DNA of 64,000 bases from Candidatus Hydrogenedentota bacterium (GCA_963674865.2 CAXXYE010000009.1:1536001-1600000), one strand, 5' to 3'; positions 43,392 to 53,168 are shown, counted from the stretch's first letter. A program made the numbers and translations. The notes: a model not told the origin generated them from the sequence alone.

Positions 43392-43967
43392 ATGGAGGAC
43401 ATACCGGTTGCCCGGGACATCATGGCGCGGCCATCGCGGGCCATGCATCCCGACATGGACATCTACCAGGCGGTGGACGTTCTCATCAGGAGGGATACGG
43501 CATCGGCGGCGGTTGTTGACGATGAGAACCGCCTGGTGGGGATTCTGACGGAGAAGGACTGCCTGCGAATTCTGGCGAACGCGGCCTATGCGTGTTGCGC
43601 GGCCCTTGAAGGCGGAAAAGTGGCCGATTATATGTCGGCGGTGACGGCGACGCTGGCGCCGAACATGGATCTGTTTACCATCGCGACGCTCTTTCTCCAA
43701 ACGGACTTCACCCACCTGCCCGTGATCGAGAAGGATGAACTCGTGGGATGCGTGAGCCGGCGGCGCATGCTGAGAGCCATCCTCGAGATGGAGCATCTTG
43801 GTGCATCGCGCAAGGCACAGGCCGAAGCGTTCCGGGAAATGGTCGAACATCCCGACTCTCTCGGGCGCATCATGAAGGTGGTCGCCGGCCAGAAGAAATC
43901 CCAACTGGCCTCGCTGTTCAGCAAGCGCCATGTTCGCCCCGGCGGCAAGGGTTCGCGCGGCCACTAG
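43392..43967 (+). CDS. CBS-domain-pair protein
   Basis: VARDIM; VVDDENRLVGILTEKD; VADYMS; LPVIEKDELVG. Confidence 0.85.
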   Translation: MEDIPVARDIMARPSRAMHPDMDIYQAVDVLIRRDTASAAVVDDENRLVGILTEKDCLRILANAAYACCAALEGGKVADYMSAVTATLAPNMDLFTIATLFLQTDFTHLPVIEKDELVGCVSRRRMLRAILEMEHLGASRKAQAEAFREMVEHPDSLGRIMKVVAGQKKSQLASLFSKRHVRPGGKGSRGH

Positions 43968-44057
43968 CCCGCGTTGTTCACCGCCCGAGACGAGCCGTTC
44001 GGCGGAATTGGCGCTGCCACGGCCGTGTTGGCTCAACATGTCGATACGTCACAATGA

Positions 44058-46565
44058 ATGCCGCGTTTTGGGGGAGGGGGGCAGGCGGCAGTGCAAGGGA
44101 TCCTCCCTTCACGTGTGAACACTTTCCGCCTGACAAGACCGTTTCCCCCCGAGGCCCAAAGGCCACGTTGTCCTCGCTTCTGCGCCGTTTCCGCCCTGGT
44201 AGTCGCCGTCGGCTTCTTGGCCGCCGCGGAGGACCTCACGTATGTCGAGGTGAGAAAAGAGGTTATCGTGCCTAATGTGAAGCGCCTCGGCGTCAATGTG
44301 CCGCGGCACTATCCGCCCGGCGCGGCGCAGATCCTCAAGAATGTGGTGGCGTGCCCGGGCCTTGAGTCCGGTTTGTTCGGCATGGTATGGCACGCGGACG
44401 CTGGCGCCACGAGCAGCCGCGTGCCTCAGGCGTTCTGGGACACGGCCTGGAACAACGACGCTTTGGGCATTGGCCATCCAGCGGATTTCTGGAACGGGGC
44501 CTCCTACGAAGTCGTGTACGGCCCCGCGAAGGGCCAAAGCGGAAGCGTTTCGCTCTTTACGCACGAGAATCAGCGCAATGTGTTCTACCTTGACGGCCCC
44601 GGGCCGGCGCCGCGGCAGTGGGACGTAATGATCACCCGCACGGCCGCCCAGGGGCCGTACGCGGCTCTGGTTGACCCAAGCACGACGCGCCCCGGCAGTC
44701 CCGGGGAGCAATCGCTGCGTCTCGTACACCAGGAACCATCCTGGCGGGCCGCCTTCGTCTACTACATGGACTCGGCGTGGGAGGGGAGCATCGGCAAGTT
44801 GATGCTTATCCAGGGGCCTTGGCGGCTCTCGTTCTGGGCGAAGGGCAAGTTCGGGGGCGAGCGGCTGCGCGTCGTCTTTGCGCGACAGGATGAAGTGGAC
44901 TTCGTTGATGAAACTTTCGTGTTGTCGAGCCGGTGGGAGGAGAAAACCGTGGACTTCCACGCCGCCGCCGGCGTGGATCGGCCGGGGCCTTATCCGGAAG
45001 GGGGCGCGCGGTCGGTACTTGCACTGAGCTTCTTCGTCGAAGACGTGGGAGGTGAGGCGTGGATCGACGATCTCGCCCTTCTTCGCACGGACTACACCAA
45101 TCCCACCGTCTTCGCCGACCCTTTTGTGGAGCGGCTCAAGGAACTGCGCCCGGGCATCCTGCGGTACTGGACGGAGCAGCTCGGCGATACGCTGGACAAC
45201 CAGTTGGCCGAGCCTTGGGCACGCAAGACGCACGGCTTCAGTCCCCACACCCGATTGGCCGACCACTACGAGTTCTCGCTTCACGAGTTCCTCGAGCTCT
45301 GCCGCGAGGTAGGAGCGGAGCCTTGGTACGTGATTCCCCCTTCCTTCTCGCCCTCCGAGCTGACGAATCTTGTGGCGTACCTGGCCGCCCCCGCGTCAAG
45401 CGGGCATCCCTACGCACTGCGCCGGGCCCGCCTGGGACAAGAGCCCCGCTGGACGAGCGTACTCGAGGAGATTCACCTCGAATACGGCAACGAGATGTGG
45501 GGAGGCGCCAGTGGCCGGGATCCATTCTTCGGTGCGTCGGCCTTGGGCGGGGAGCGCCTCGGAGCCATCGCCCACGATCGGTTCGTGGTTCTGAGATCGA
45601 GTCCGTACTACCACCCCTCTCGCTTCAACTTGATCATTGGCGGGCAGTTCGGATTCCCCGGGAGGCAGGACGAAATCGAGGCGAACAGCTCGAATCACGA
45701 TCAGATCGCGTTGTCTCCCTATTTTGGCGTGCTGGACGTATACAGCTCCGACGGGGAGATATTCCTGCCGCTTTTCGCGCGGCCCTTTGATGATGTGGCT
45801 TCAGGCCTGCTGAAACAGAGCAAAGAACTCATCAAGAAACACGGAAAACGGACTGAATTGGCCGTTTATGAGGTGAATTTCCACACAACGACGGGGGAGG
45901 CCCCGCTCGATGTCCGGAACGACTTCGTGACGTGCGCCGCCGGGGCGCTGGCCCTTCCCTTGTACATGCTGGTGCCGATGCGCGAGCTCGGCATCAGGAA
46001 TCAGTGTGCGTTCACGGCGCTGCAATTCCGCTACAGGATGCAAAACGGGGAGCACGTTCGGCTCTGGGGCATGCTGCGCGACCTCCAGGCTACCGGCCGC
46101 AAACGGCCTACGTGGCTCGGCGTCGAGTTGGTGAATCAGGCCATCATGGGCGACCTCGTCAGCACCGTGCAGAGCGGGGAGAACCCCTCCTGGCTCCAGT
46201 CTCCCCTGAATGGCGTCAGCCACACCGTCGAAGTCCACTATATTCAGTCGTTTGCGTGGCGGGATGGAGGCCGGTACGGAGTGGTCCTTTTCAACCTGGA
46301 TTTGCACGACGGGCACGCTGTGCGCCTTGTACTGCCCGACGCACCTCCTGAGGCCCCGAGTCTGCGCCAGATCGCGCCTCCGAGCATCCACGCGAATAAT
46401 GAGAGCGCCGTCAATGTATCGATCACGACGCGTGTACTTGATGATTTCGGTAGCCCCTATGATCTATCTCTGCCGAAGCACTCGGTAACGGCCGTCCTGT
46501 GGCCGGAGGGGGCCGGCGCGCCGCTGGAGGCGCGGGATGCCATTGCGGGCCACTCTATTCGCTGA
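44058..46565 (+). CDS. Large secreted clan-A glycoside hydrolase-like protein (GH51-like); start uncertain
   Basis: LKELRPGILRY; EFLELCREVGAEPW; EYGNEMW; VYEVN; C-terminal LPKHSVT. Confidence 0.65.
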   Translation: MPRFGGGGQAAVQGILPSRVNTFRLTRPFPPEAQRPRCPRFCAVSALVVAVGFLAAAEDLTYVEVRKEVIVPNVKRLGVNVPRHYPPGAAQILKNVVACPGLESGLFGMVWHADAGATSSRVPQAFWDTAWNNDALGIGHPADFWNGASYEVVYGPAKGQSGSVSLFTHENQRNVFYLDGPGPAPRQWDVMITRTAAQGPYAALVDPSTTRPGSPGEQSLRLVHQEPSWRAAFVYYMDSAWEGSIGKLMLIQGPWRLSFWAKGKFGGERLRVVFARQDEVDFVDETFVLSSRWEEKTVDFHAAAGVDRPGPYPEGGARSVLALSFFVEDVGGEAWIDDLALLRTDYTNPTVFADPFVERLKELRPGILRYWTEQLGDTLDNQLAEPWARKTHGFSPHTRLADHYEFSLHEFLELCREVGAEPWYVIPPSFSPSELTNLVAYLAAPASSGHPYALRRARLGQEPRWTSVLEEIHLEYGNEMWGGASGRDPFFGASALGGERLGAIAHDRFVVLRSSPYYHPSRFNLIIGGQFGFPGRQDEIEANSSNHDQIALSPYFGVLDVYSSDGEIFLPLFARPFDDVASGLLKQSKELIKKHGKRTELAVYEVNFHTTTGEAPLDVRNDFVTCAAGALALPLYMLVPMRELGIRNQCAFTALQFRYRMQNGEHVRLWGMLRDLQATGRKRPTWLGVELVNQAIMGDLVSTVQSGENPSWLQSPLNGVSHTVEVHYIQSFAWRDGGRYGVVLFNLDLHDGHAVRLVLPDAPPEAPSLRQIAPPSIHANNESAVNVSITTRVLDDFGSPYDLSLPKHSVTAVLWPEGAGAPLEARDAIAGHSIR

Positions 46566-46599
46566 TAAAATGCCTTTCAAAGAGGGGAGGGCCGGGGAA

Positions 46600-47232
46600 A
46601 TGTTTGAGGACATCGAGAGAGCGGCCGCCGCGCTTCACGACACCAAGGCGGGATGGGTAACTCGGCGGGACGGCGCCGACGCGTTAGGCCAGGCCGCGAT
46701 GCGCGCCATCGAGGCGCTTAACGCGCACGCGGAGGAGAGGGACGTCGACGTGGGCCGAGCTGTGAAAGAGGCACTGGGGCAAGTGAGCGGGGCGTTGGCA
46801 GGGATACCGCCCACGGCCGGGGAGGCCACGCACACCTTGGAAGAGCTTGTCCGCTATTGTGAGAAGCCCGGCGAACGAAGTGTCGTAAGGGAAGGCGAGG
46901 AGTACTCGATTGAGGTGGGCCTACGCGAAGGGCGGCAGCAGGTGGTATATGTGACGCCGTTGAAGCGGCGGGACGGCGTCGAGCTTATCCAGATTTACAC
47001 GCATTGTGGGCCGTTCGACGAAGGCGCGCTGAAATGGGCGCTCGAAGCAAACATGAAGCTGGCCCAATCGGCCATCGCTGTCACGCAGGTAGATGGTGAA
47101 GAGCGATTCGTGCTGACGAATTCCTATTTTGCCTCGGAGGCCACGCCCGCCGAGGTGAAGGCGTCGGTGAAGGAAATAGCCTTCTACGGTGACTGGCTGG
47201 AGCAGAAACTGACGGGACGAGATGATTTCTGA
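46600..47232 (+). CDS. HEAT-like repeat plus YbjN/T3SS-chaperone-like domain protein
   Basis: N-terminal HEAT-like helices; GRQQVVYV...ALEANMKL...D.LE..LTG.D.F pattern. Confidence 0.6.
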   Translation: MFEDIERAAAALHDTKAGWVTRRDGADALGQAAMRAIEALNAHAEERDVDVGRAVKEALGQVSGALAGIPPTAGEATHTLEELVRYCEKPGERSVVREGEEYSIEVGLREGRQQVVYVTPLKRRDGVELIQIYTHCGPFDEGALKWALEANMKLAQSAIAVTQVDGEERFVLTNSYFASEATPAEVKASVKEIAFYGDWLEQKLTGRDDF

Positions 47233-47837
47233 TGGGCAGCACCCACTACAGGCAGGAGCCCTGCGGGGCCGAGGGCTGCGATCGGCCCGCCGTGACAGGG
47301 GCGACGCAGTGCTGGGAGCATCTTGGAGAAGCTCAAGGAGCTTATGTAGACGTCCTCAAGCCTGATGACTTGGCCGGGGGCTGGTTTGTCGGGGTGGACT
47401 TTTCCGGACGCGATTGGGCGGGGGCATGTTTCGCTGGGGCGCGCTGTTCAGGCGCCGGTTTCCGGGGCGCTGACCTGCGCGGCGCGGATTTTCGGGACGC
47501 CTTTCTCGACGGCGCAGACCTCCGCGGGGCCGACCTATCAGAAGCAAACCTCGAGTTTGCCATCCTAGGTGGGGCCGACCTTTCCGACGCGCGACTGGCC
47601 AAAGCGAATCTGCAGCGCTCGAACCTGGTAGGAACCATCGGGCGCAGAGCGGACCTTAGCGGCGCCGACCTCTACTACTCGCGGCCGGGCAACTCGGATT
47701 TCGCGGCCGCGGATTTCTCCGGGGCTAACGTGCAGCGAGCGATCTTCCGACGGGCCAACCTGGCCCGGGCCGACCTGAGGGGCGCCGCCGGGACGCCGAA
47801 TCTGGAAAATGCGTGTCTTGACGGTGCAATGCGATGA
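47232..47837 (+). CDS. Pentapeptide-repeat protein with N-terminal Cys/His cluster
   Basis: A(D/N)(L/F)xx repeats; C-x4-C-x10-C-x2-H near the N-terminus. Confidence 0.85.
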   Translation: MGSTHYRQEPCGAEGCDRPAVTGATQCWEHLGEAQGAYVDVLKPDDLAGGWFVGVDFSGRDWAGACFAGARCSGAGFRGADLRGADFRDAFLDGADLRGADLSEANLEFAILGGADLSDARLAKANLQRSNLVGTIGRRADLSGADLYYSRPGNSDFAAADFSGANVQRAIFRRANLARADLRGAAGTPNLENACLDGAMR

Positions 47838-48391
47838 TTTTCGGGCATTTTCTCACGGAAGCCAATGAATCGAACGCGTTTGTGGCTGGATGTGACGTCA
47901 CAAAGGAAGCGATTTTGGTGGACGTGGGGGCGTTCGATCCGGCCATCGACGCCTTTGTGCAAAGACATGGCCTGCACGTCGGCCTCGTCTTCGTGACGCA
48001 TGGCCACTGGGACCATACGGGGGGCTTGGGTGAGGCAGTGGCAAGGTACGGTGCGGAGGTCTTGGCGGGGAGCCGGCATGTTGGAGGGTGCCCTGCGCGC
48101 AAGATGAGCCATGGGGAAGAGGTCCGAGTCGGGCAACTCAAGGGCAAGGTGTTGGCGACCCCCGGGCACACCTCGGATGGCCTTAGTCTGGTCCTGCCGG
48201 GCATGGTGTTCACCGGTGACACGCTTTTCGCGGGCTCCATCGGCGGCACAAGTGACTCTCGGCTGGAGGTCGAGGTGATTCTACGGCACATCTTCACCCT
48301 GCCTGGCAATTATGAGGTCCACCCGGGACACGGGCCTTCGAGCACCGTCGCTATCGAGCGTCATTACAACCCGTTCTTCGTCGAGCCGTAA
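47834..48391 (+). CDS. MBL-fold metallo-hydrolase (glyoxalase II-like)
   Basis: THGHWDH; TPGH; GDTLF; PGHG. Confidence 0.9.
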   Translation: MIFGHFLTEANESNAFVAGCDVTKEAILVDVGAFDPAIDAFVQRHGLHVGLVFVTHGHWDHTGGLGEAVARYGAEVLAGSRHVGGCPARKMSHGEEVRVGQLKGKVLATPGHTSDGLSLVLPGMVFTGDTLFAGSIGGTSDSRLEVEVILRHIFTLPGNYEVHPGHGPSSTVAIERHYNPFFVEP

Positions 48392-48422
48392 GCCGTCTCG
48401 GTGGCCGAGACGCCTCGGCGAG

Positions 48423-48584
48423 TCCGCAATCGCCGACCAATTCGACTGCGCCGCGCACCGGGTATTCTGAAAGGCCTCCATCTCTTGAGATCTGCGAACC
48501 AAACTGGTGAGGAAGTCGGTTTCGCTAGTGCTTTCGCCTACGATCACTTGACGCGCGGCGCAATTGGCAACCCGGCCACCGGGG
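48423..48584 (+). repeat. 162-bp dispersed intergenic repeat, copy 2
   Basis: Ungapped match to 41539-41700. Confidence 0.8.
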
Positions 48585-48605
48585 CTGAGTCAGGGGTATT
48601 GCATT

Positions 48606-48622
48606 TTGGCCCGAGGTCTGCC
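48606..48622 (+). promoter_or_regulatory. Putative sigma-54 promoter of small ORF
   Basis: TTGGCCC-GAGGT-CTGC (GG-N10-GC) about 70 nt upstream of ATG 48691. Confidence 0.4.
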
Positions 48623-48690
48623 TATCATTGGGGCGTCGGCAGACGAAAGGTGTATTCGTCGGCATGAGGAACCATGGGAAAAGGGGAAAT

Positions 48691-48840
48691 ATGATGAAAC
48701 ACGTGACGCGAGTAACGAGAGTTCCGGCCAAGGCGTTCCTGCCCATCAATCATCCATCTATCTTGGACAGTATTTCGGGCTTCTTGAGCGATCCGGTCGG
48801 TACCCTGATGTTGCACTTCGACAAGACGAGCCAGGGATAG
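48691..48840 (+). CDS. Small 49-aa peptide MMKHVTRVTRVPAKAFLPINHPSILDSISGFLSDPVGTLMLHFDKTSQG
   Basis: Purine-rich RBS (GGGAAAAGGGG); isolated between a promoter-like motif and hairpins. Confidence 0.6.
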   Translation: MMKHVTRVTRVPAKAFLPINHPSILDSISGFLSDPVGTLMLHFDKTSQG

Positions 48841-48878
48841 ACAGGCTTGCCGCCCGAAAGGGCGAGGTGAAAAGCATA

Positions 48879-48924
48879 CTGCCGGCTGTTGCCCCCATGC
48901 CCAGTTGTGGGGGGCAGCCGGCAG
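48879..48924. terminator. GC-rich hairpin between convergent genes
   Basis: CTGCCGGCTG...CAGCCGGCAG stem with inner CCCCCA/TGGGGG; preceded by a CGCCC-GAAA-GGGCG hairpin at 48851-48864. Confidence 0.55.
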
Positions 48925-48987
48925 CCTTTGTTCTGTTGGGGCCGGCGGGCGCTCTGGGAAATCGTTGCGCCAAGCCGGAGAGAGGTC

Positions 48988-49746
48988 CTATCGGGAAGGC
49001 CCTGCCGCCACGGCGAATTCCTGGAAGTCCGGTGCGGATGTGTAAGGGGGCTGCGCAAGCTGGAGCCGGGTCCGTCGGCTTAGGCCCGTGCCGGGCATCC
49101 GCTTAACGACCTCGCGAAGCAGATGCCGAGCGCCTTCCGTGTCAGCATAATGCTCCATGAGAAGCTGCGCGAGCTGGCACGCCGCGGGCCCCCATGCGGC
49201 CTCGTCATGCGGGAAGCGCCACATAACCTCGCGGAATGCCACGACGGCTTCGTCATGCCGTCCCTCACGCCACAGGAGGTTGGCCGCCGCGATAAGGGGT
49301 TTGGCGCGTTCAGGCTCTCTGTTGAAGACGATGCGCAATTCGCCGACGGCTCTGTCGACGCCTTCGGTATGGTAGAGCGTGTGGGCCTTGCTCAGGTCAG
49401 AAGGTACGAAGGACACGCCGCCTTTGGAGGTCAAACCGTCATAGGCCACGTCGACCGCGGCAGCCGCCAGGCTGCTCGTGAGCATGGGCAGGAACACAAT
49501 CATGAGGGCCACTACACCGAGTACCCCGCCGGCCGCCGCCGCGACCAACTCGTAGCCCGGCAGGGCGAAAACGACGGCTGCCTGCGTTACGCCTGCGTGC
49601 GCCACAAGCGCGAGCATGGACATCAGTACGGCCAACGACAACGGCAGGGCCCTATCGCTCTTGGCAAAGGGCGAACTCAATAGGAGCTTCAAGAGAACGC
49701 ACAGCAGCACATCTGTGAGCAGCACGGCTGCGATTCTAGCGACCAT
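48988..49746 (-). CDS. Membrane protein with three N-terminal TMs and C-terminal TPR-like repeats
   Basis: GAGGAGGG RBS; hydrophobic N-half; A..L...G..DEAV..F and A..LL..V..R.P TPR patterns. Confidence 0.7.
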   Translation of the reverse strand: MVARIAAVLLTDVLLCVLLKLLLSSPFAKSDRALPLSLAVLMSMLALVAHAGVTQAAVVFALPGYELVAAAAGGVLGVVALMIVFLPMLTSSLAAAAVDVAYDGLTSKGGVSFVPSDLSKAHTLYHTEGVDRAVGELRIVFNREPERAKPLIAAANLLWREGRHDEAVVAFREVMWRFPHDEAAWGPAACQLAQLLMEHYADTEGARHLLREVVKRMPGTGLSRRTRLQLAQPPYTSAPDFQEFAVAAGPSR

Positions 49747-49925
49747 GGCCTATCTTCCCTCCTCTGGTTGCACCTACAACCCATGTCCAGCCTCTAAGGC
49801 CGGACCGACCCCCTGGTGACAGCCGCGTCGCGTGCCGGCGCCTGCTTCGCGCGGAGCAGCTACGGCGGGCCATCTGGCCGGTTCTGGAGATGCTCTGCCT
49901 ATCGGTACACACGGCCATGTTGTAG

Positions 49926-49941
49926 AGCAACCGTCGTGCCA
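49926..49941 (-). promoter_or_regulatory. Sigma-54 promoter
   Basis: Minus strand TGGCAC-GACGG-TTGCT, full consensus. Confidence 0.7.
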
Positions 49942-50215
49942 TTCTAACACGGATTGGGATGAAATACTTGCGAACCAATGGTTTACGTCGTGAAATACCC
50001 GTCTGCCGTTCGTGCGAGATACGACGGAAACGTGTACATATTGACGAATTTGGTCATACTTTTTTGCCGATCTGTGGCTCTTTACGCATTCGTCAGGAGC
50101 GATCTGCCCCCTAAACCGCCCCTCCCCCCCCGAGCGGCGGCGCAATTCTCACGGCGATCTTTCCCAGCATGGCCCCGAGCCGTTTGCAGGTGCCGCCCTG
50201 CCCTCACGGAACGCG

Positions 50216-50755
50216 CTAGTAGCCTAGCTGCTGTCTCGCGAACGCGTGCTCTTGGGAGTCTTCCGGAAAGGCGCGCATCATCTCGCGGTAGACTTGGCGC
50301 GCGCCCTGGGAGTCGCCCTTACGCTCGTAGCATCGAGCAAGGTCCGGATAGACGCCCCGTATGCCAATCCAGTCGGGGTACTCGGTAAGAATACGCTCGT
50401 AGCAGATGATAGCCTCGTCGTAATCGCCCAGTTCCTGCGCATAGAGATTGGCCATAGCCTTCAGATAGGCGGGGGTATCCTCGCTCTGGGGGGCGGCCTC
50501 GACCTTTTTCCTGTGATCCTCAATCGTCTGGAGTGTCTTCTCCCGCTCAGTCAATCGGCGCGGCGGCCGGTCGCCTCCGGGCGGAGAAATCCCGCCGGGA
50601 GGGCTTGTCCCGGGGGAGCCGGGAGCCGGACTCCCCGGCTGCTTGCCCTCCTCCGAGGTGATGAACATGTAGGCGGCGATGACAAACATGAGGCCTAGCA
50701 GAATTAAGAGGTACCAGTTATCTTTGATGACGGTCTTGGTGAATTGTCCGCTCAT
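50216..50755 (-). CDS. Single-TM TPR protein (cassette A)
   Basis: N-terminal TM, Pro/Gly linker, TPRs (GDYDEAIICYERIL). Confidence 0.85.
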   Translation of the reverse strand: MSGQFTKTVIKDNWYLLILLGLMFVIAAYMFITSEEGKQPGSPAPGSPGTSPPGGISPPGGDRPPRRLTEREKTLQTIEDHRKKVEAAPQSEDTPAYLKAMANLYAQELGDYDEAIICYERILTEYPDWIGIRGVYPDLARCYERKGDSQGARQVYREMMRAFPEDSQEHAFARQQLGY

Positions 50756-52545
50756 GAATATAACTCACGCCACGATACTTGAGACACGGCCCATATGGGA
50801 TAGTTGCCGATCATGCCCAGCGGCAGGTACTTCGGCAACTCGGGAACCTGGTAGATGTCCGGCACGTTCTTGCCCATGTCGAAGTACTCCGCCACAAAGG
50901 TGCCCATCACGACGGTTTGCTTCGAACTCTTGATCTGGGAGGCCGAATAGAAAGCGCCCATCAGGTGCAACTGGGAAGAAACACCCATCGTCATGTCGCT
51001 CGTGGACATGATGCCGAAGATGTTGTTGATGGGGAAGGTGCTCGTATTGTAGGCGCCCGGCACGCCGTTGTCACAGGCGTACATGTTGGCATCGAGAAGG
51101 ACTTCCCCGTCTACAAGGATGGCTGACCGGCCGGTGTAGTAGATGGTATCGTCGCCGCCTTTCTGGACAATTTCCAAATCCCCGTCGATCTGGATCTGAC
51201 CGTTGATCTCGAGCACGTTTGTGCTTGAATCGAAGTAGAGGTAGTTGTCGCCTTTGACGCAGGTGGCTCGGTCGGACTGCGTGCGGCCGGCAGCTAGAGC
51301 GGCCACCGCGGCCCCCGTCGCGCTCTCGCCGGTCGTGGTGTTTACATACATGTCCTGCGACGTGTCAATCGTGACGTTGCCGACATAGCTTTTGTTTTCG
51401 GCGAGAACGTCAGAGAAAAACTCGCCGTGCAGGTAGTTATCCCCGTCGGGACTGGTCTCAAAGGCGCCGGGCGCGCCGACGGGAATGCCCGTGGAGGTCG
51501 GATCGTATTCGTCGCAGTTGACGTAGGCCGGCCAGCGCCAATCATCGGTTAGCAGCGGGAAGGGGACCTTGTCGCCGAGGTCGTAGGTCTCATCCCAGCC
51601 ATTGTCGCTGAACACGTTCTTGGGATCGCCTCGATCACCATCGTCGATAACCTGGTTGCCGGTCCAGCCTTCCTCGTTGTAGATCGCGTCGAGGGTCTCC
51701 TTGTAGTCGTTGCCGGTGCTGTCGGGCTCGCCGACCTCTGCCGTGCCGCTCAAAGATACGCGCCCGTTCTTGACGCGTAGGACGGCATCGATGGTATCGA
51801 TGTCTTCGCCGTTGAAGTTCGTCTGAGGCAGCGGGGGCACGCTGTCCAATTGCCGCTGGGTGACGCCGATGCCGGACTCGTAGTTGTTGTGAATGAGACT
51901 CTTGCCGGTCATGTCGATGACGACGACGGCATCGCCGCCCGAAGGTACGTTGTCCCCGAGGATGTGGACTGACCCGTGTATGCTGACGTTGCCGTTGATG
52001 GCGCCCCCCGCGCCGCCGGAGCCCGCGAAGATGGCGTTGTTCCAGACGTTGACGTCGGCCCCGGCCAGAACGACTTCGGCGGAGCGCACCACGTCTTCGC
52101 ACTGGGCGAAAGCGTAGGCCGTGTAAAATCCGCTTTCTTCGGGGCCGTCGACGTTGCCGTCGCCGTTGTTGTCTTCATTGTCGTTGGACCAGTCATGGGC
52201 GAAGGCCATGTATTCGACGTCAGGCATGCTTGGAATCTGGACTGGGCTGACGTCGGGATCGTCGAACGTGGGCAGCGTGATCCCGTCGCCGGGATTCGGC
52301 ATCGTCCAACTGTCGAGACCGACCCAGCCGTCGCCGCCGGTTTCGAGTTCGAGGAGAGACTCCGCGAAAGCGGATTCGACGCCCTCGAAGCAGCGTTTGA
52401 AGGTGATGTAGCGGTCCACGTGGCTGCTTTGATTGATCACCCGGATGGCCAGGGCTCCCAGCGTGAGGGTGGCGATGACGATAAAGATGGTGGCAACCAA
52501 GAGGGCCATGCCATCATTTTTTCGCAGCGTTGATCTCTTGTTCAT
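50752..52545 (-). CDS. Large PilX-like minor pilin with acidic beta-rich C-terminal domain (cassette A)
   Basis: Basic leader then G|MALLV hydrophobic helix without Glu5; DNNGDGNVD motif; GNVSIHGSVH. Confidence 0.75.
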   Translation of the reverse strand: MNKRSTLRKNDGMALLVATIFIVIATLTLGALAIRVINQSSHVDRYITFKRCFEGVESAFAESLLELETGGDGWVGLDSWTMPNPGDGITLPTFDDPDVSPVQIPSMPDVEYMAFAHDWSNDNEDNNGDGNVDGPEESGFYTAYAFAQCEDVVRSAEVVLAGADVNVWNNAIFAGSGGAGGAINGNVSIHGSVHILGDNVPSGGDAVVVIDMTGKSLIHNNYESGIGVTQRQLDSVPPLPQTNFNGEDIDTIDAVLRVKNGRVSLSGTAEVGEPDSTGNDYKETLDAIYNEEGWTGNQVIDDGDRGDPKNVFSDNGWDETYDLGDKVPFPLLTDDWRWPAYVNCDEYDPTSTGIPVGAPGAFETSPDGDNYLHGEFFSDVLAENKSYVGNVTIDTSQDMYVNTTTGESATGAAVAALAAGRTQSDRATCVKGDNYLYFDSSTNVLEINGQIQIDGDLEIVQKGGDDTIYYTGRSAILVDGEVLLDANMYACDNGVPGAYNTSTFPINNIFGIMSTSDMTMGVSSQLHLMGAFYSASQIKSSKQTVVMGTFVAEYFDMGKNVPDIYQVPELPKYLPLGMIGNYPIWAVSQVSWRELYS

Positions 52546-52547
52546 AG

Positions 52548-53165
52548 TCAATTCCTCGGGATCACGATTTCGGTCAGGCTCGAGGTCATGGGGACGCCTC
52601 GAAGGATTTCCCTGCGTTCCGTATCAAGTGTTACGGCAATCCCCCCGCCCAGGCGGTCGAACCAGATCCCATGGTCCAGCACGCCGTTGCCATTGAGGTC
52701 TTCGCCGTCATCGAGGACACCGTTATCGTTATTATCTTCGTTAGGGGTAAGGTCATTGGCCAGAATGCGCGTGGTAGCGCCGTCGGTCATAACAAGTTGT
52801 GTGGAGGTGATCCCATCACCGTTCGCGTCGGCTGTATCGGGCCCGAGGGTCCAGACATTGCTAAGTTCCAGGTCGCCGTTTGAGTCGACGGCGACGCCGT
52901 TCCCGTCGGCGTCGGCAGCCATTTGGAAGGTAATGGTGTTGGTGGGCAAGTTGCCCCATGGGATCGTGCCCGCCGCGGCCTGGCGGAGCTCACGCACCAT
53001 CAAGCGCATGCCGGATCTGGCCTGGTCGGTGGCCGTTGCCTTGGTCTCCTGGTCGCGGGCGGCCGCGCCGAGACTGGCGGCGAGCACGAACAGAATTCCC
53101 ATCACGATCGTTAGCAGCGCCAGCGATACCATGAGTTCGAGCAGGGTCATGCCACGGTGCTCCAT
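52548..53165 (-). CDS. Prepilin-type (PilW-like) minor pilin (cassette A)
   Basis: RG|MTLLELMV class III signal; MVRELRQA; EDxNxNGVLD repeats. Confidence 0.85.
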   Translation of the reverse strand: MEHRGMTLLELMVSLALLTIVMGILFVLAASLGAAARDQETKATATDQARSGMRLMVRELRQAAAGTIPWGNLPTNTITFQMAADADGNGVAVDSNGDLELSNVWTLGPDTADANGDGITSTQLVMTDGATTRILANDLTPNEDNNDNGVLDDGEDLNGNGVLDHGIWFDRLGGGIAVTLDTERREILRGVPMTSSLTEIVIPRN

Positions 53166-53168
53166 GAG

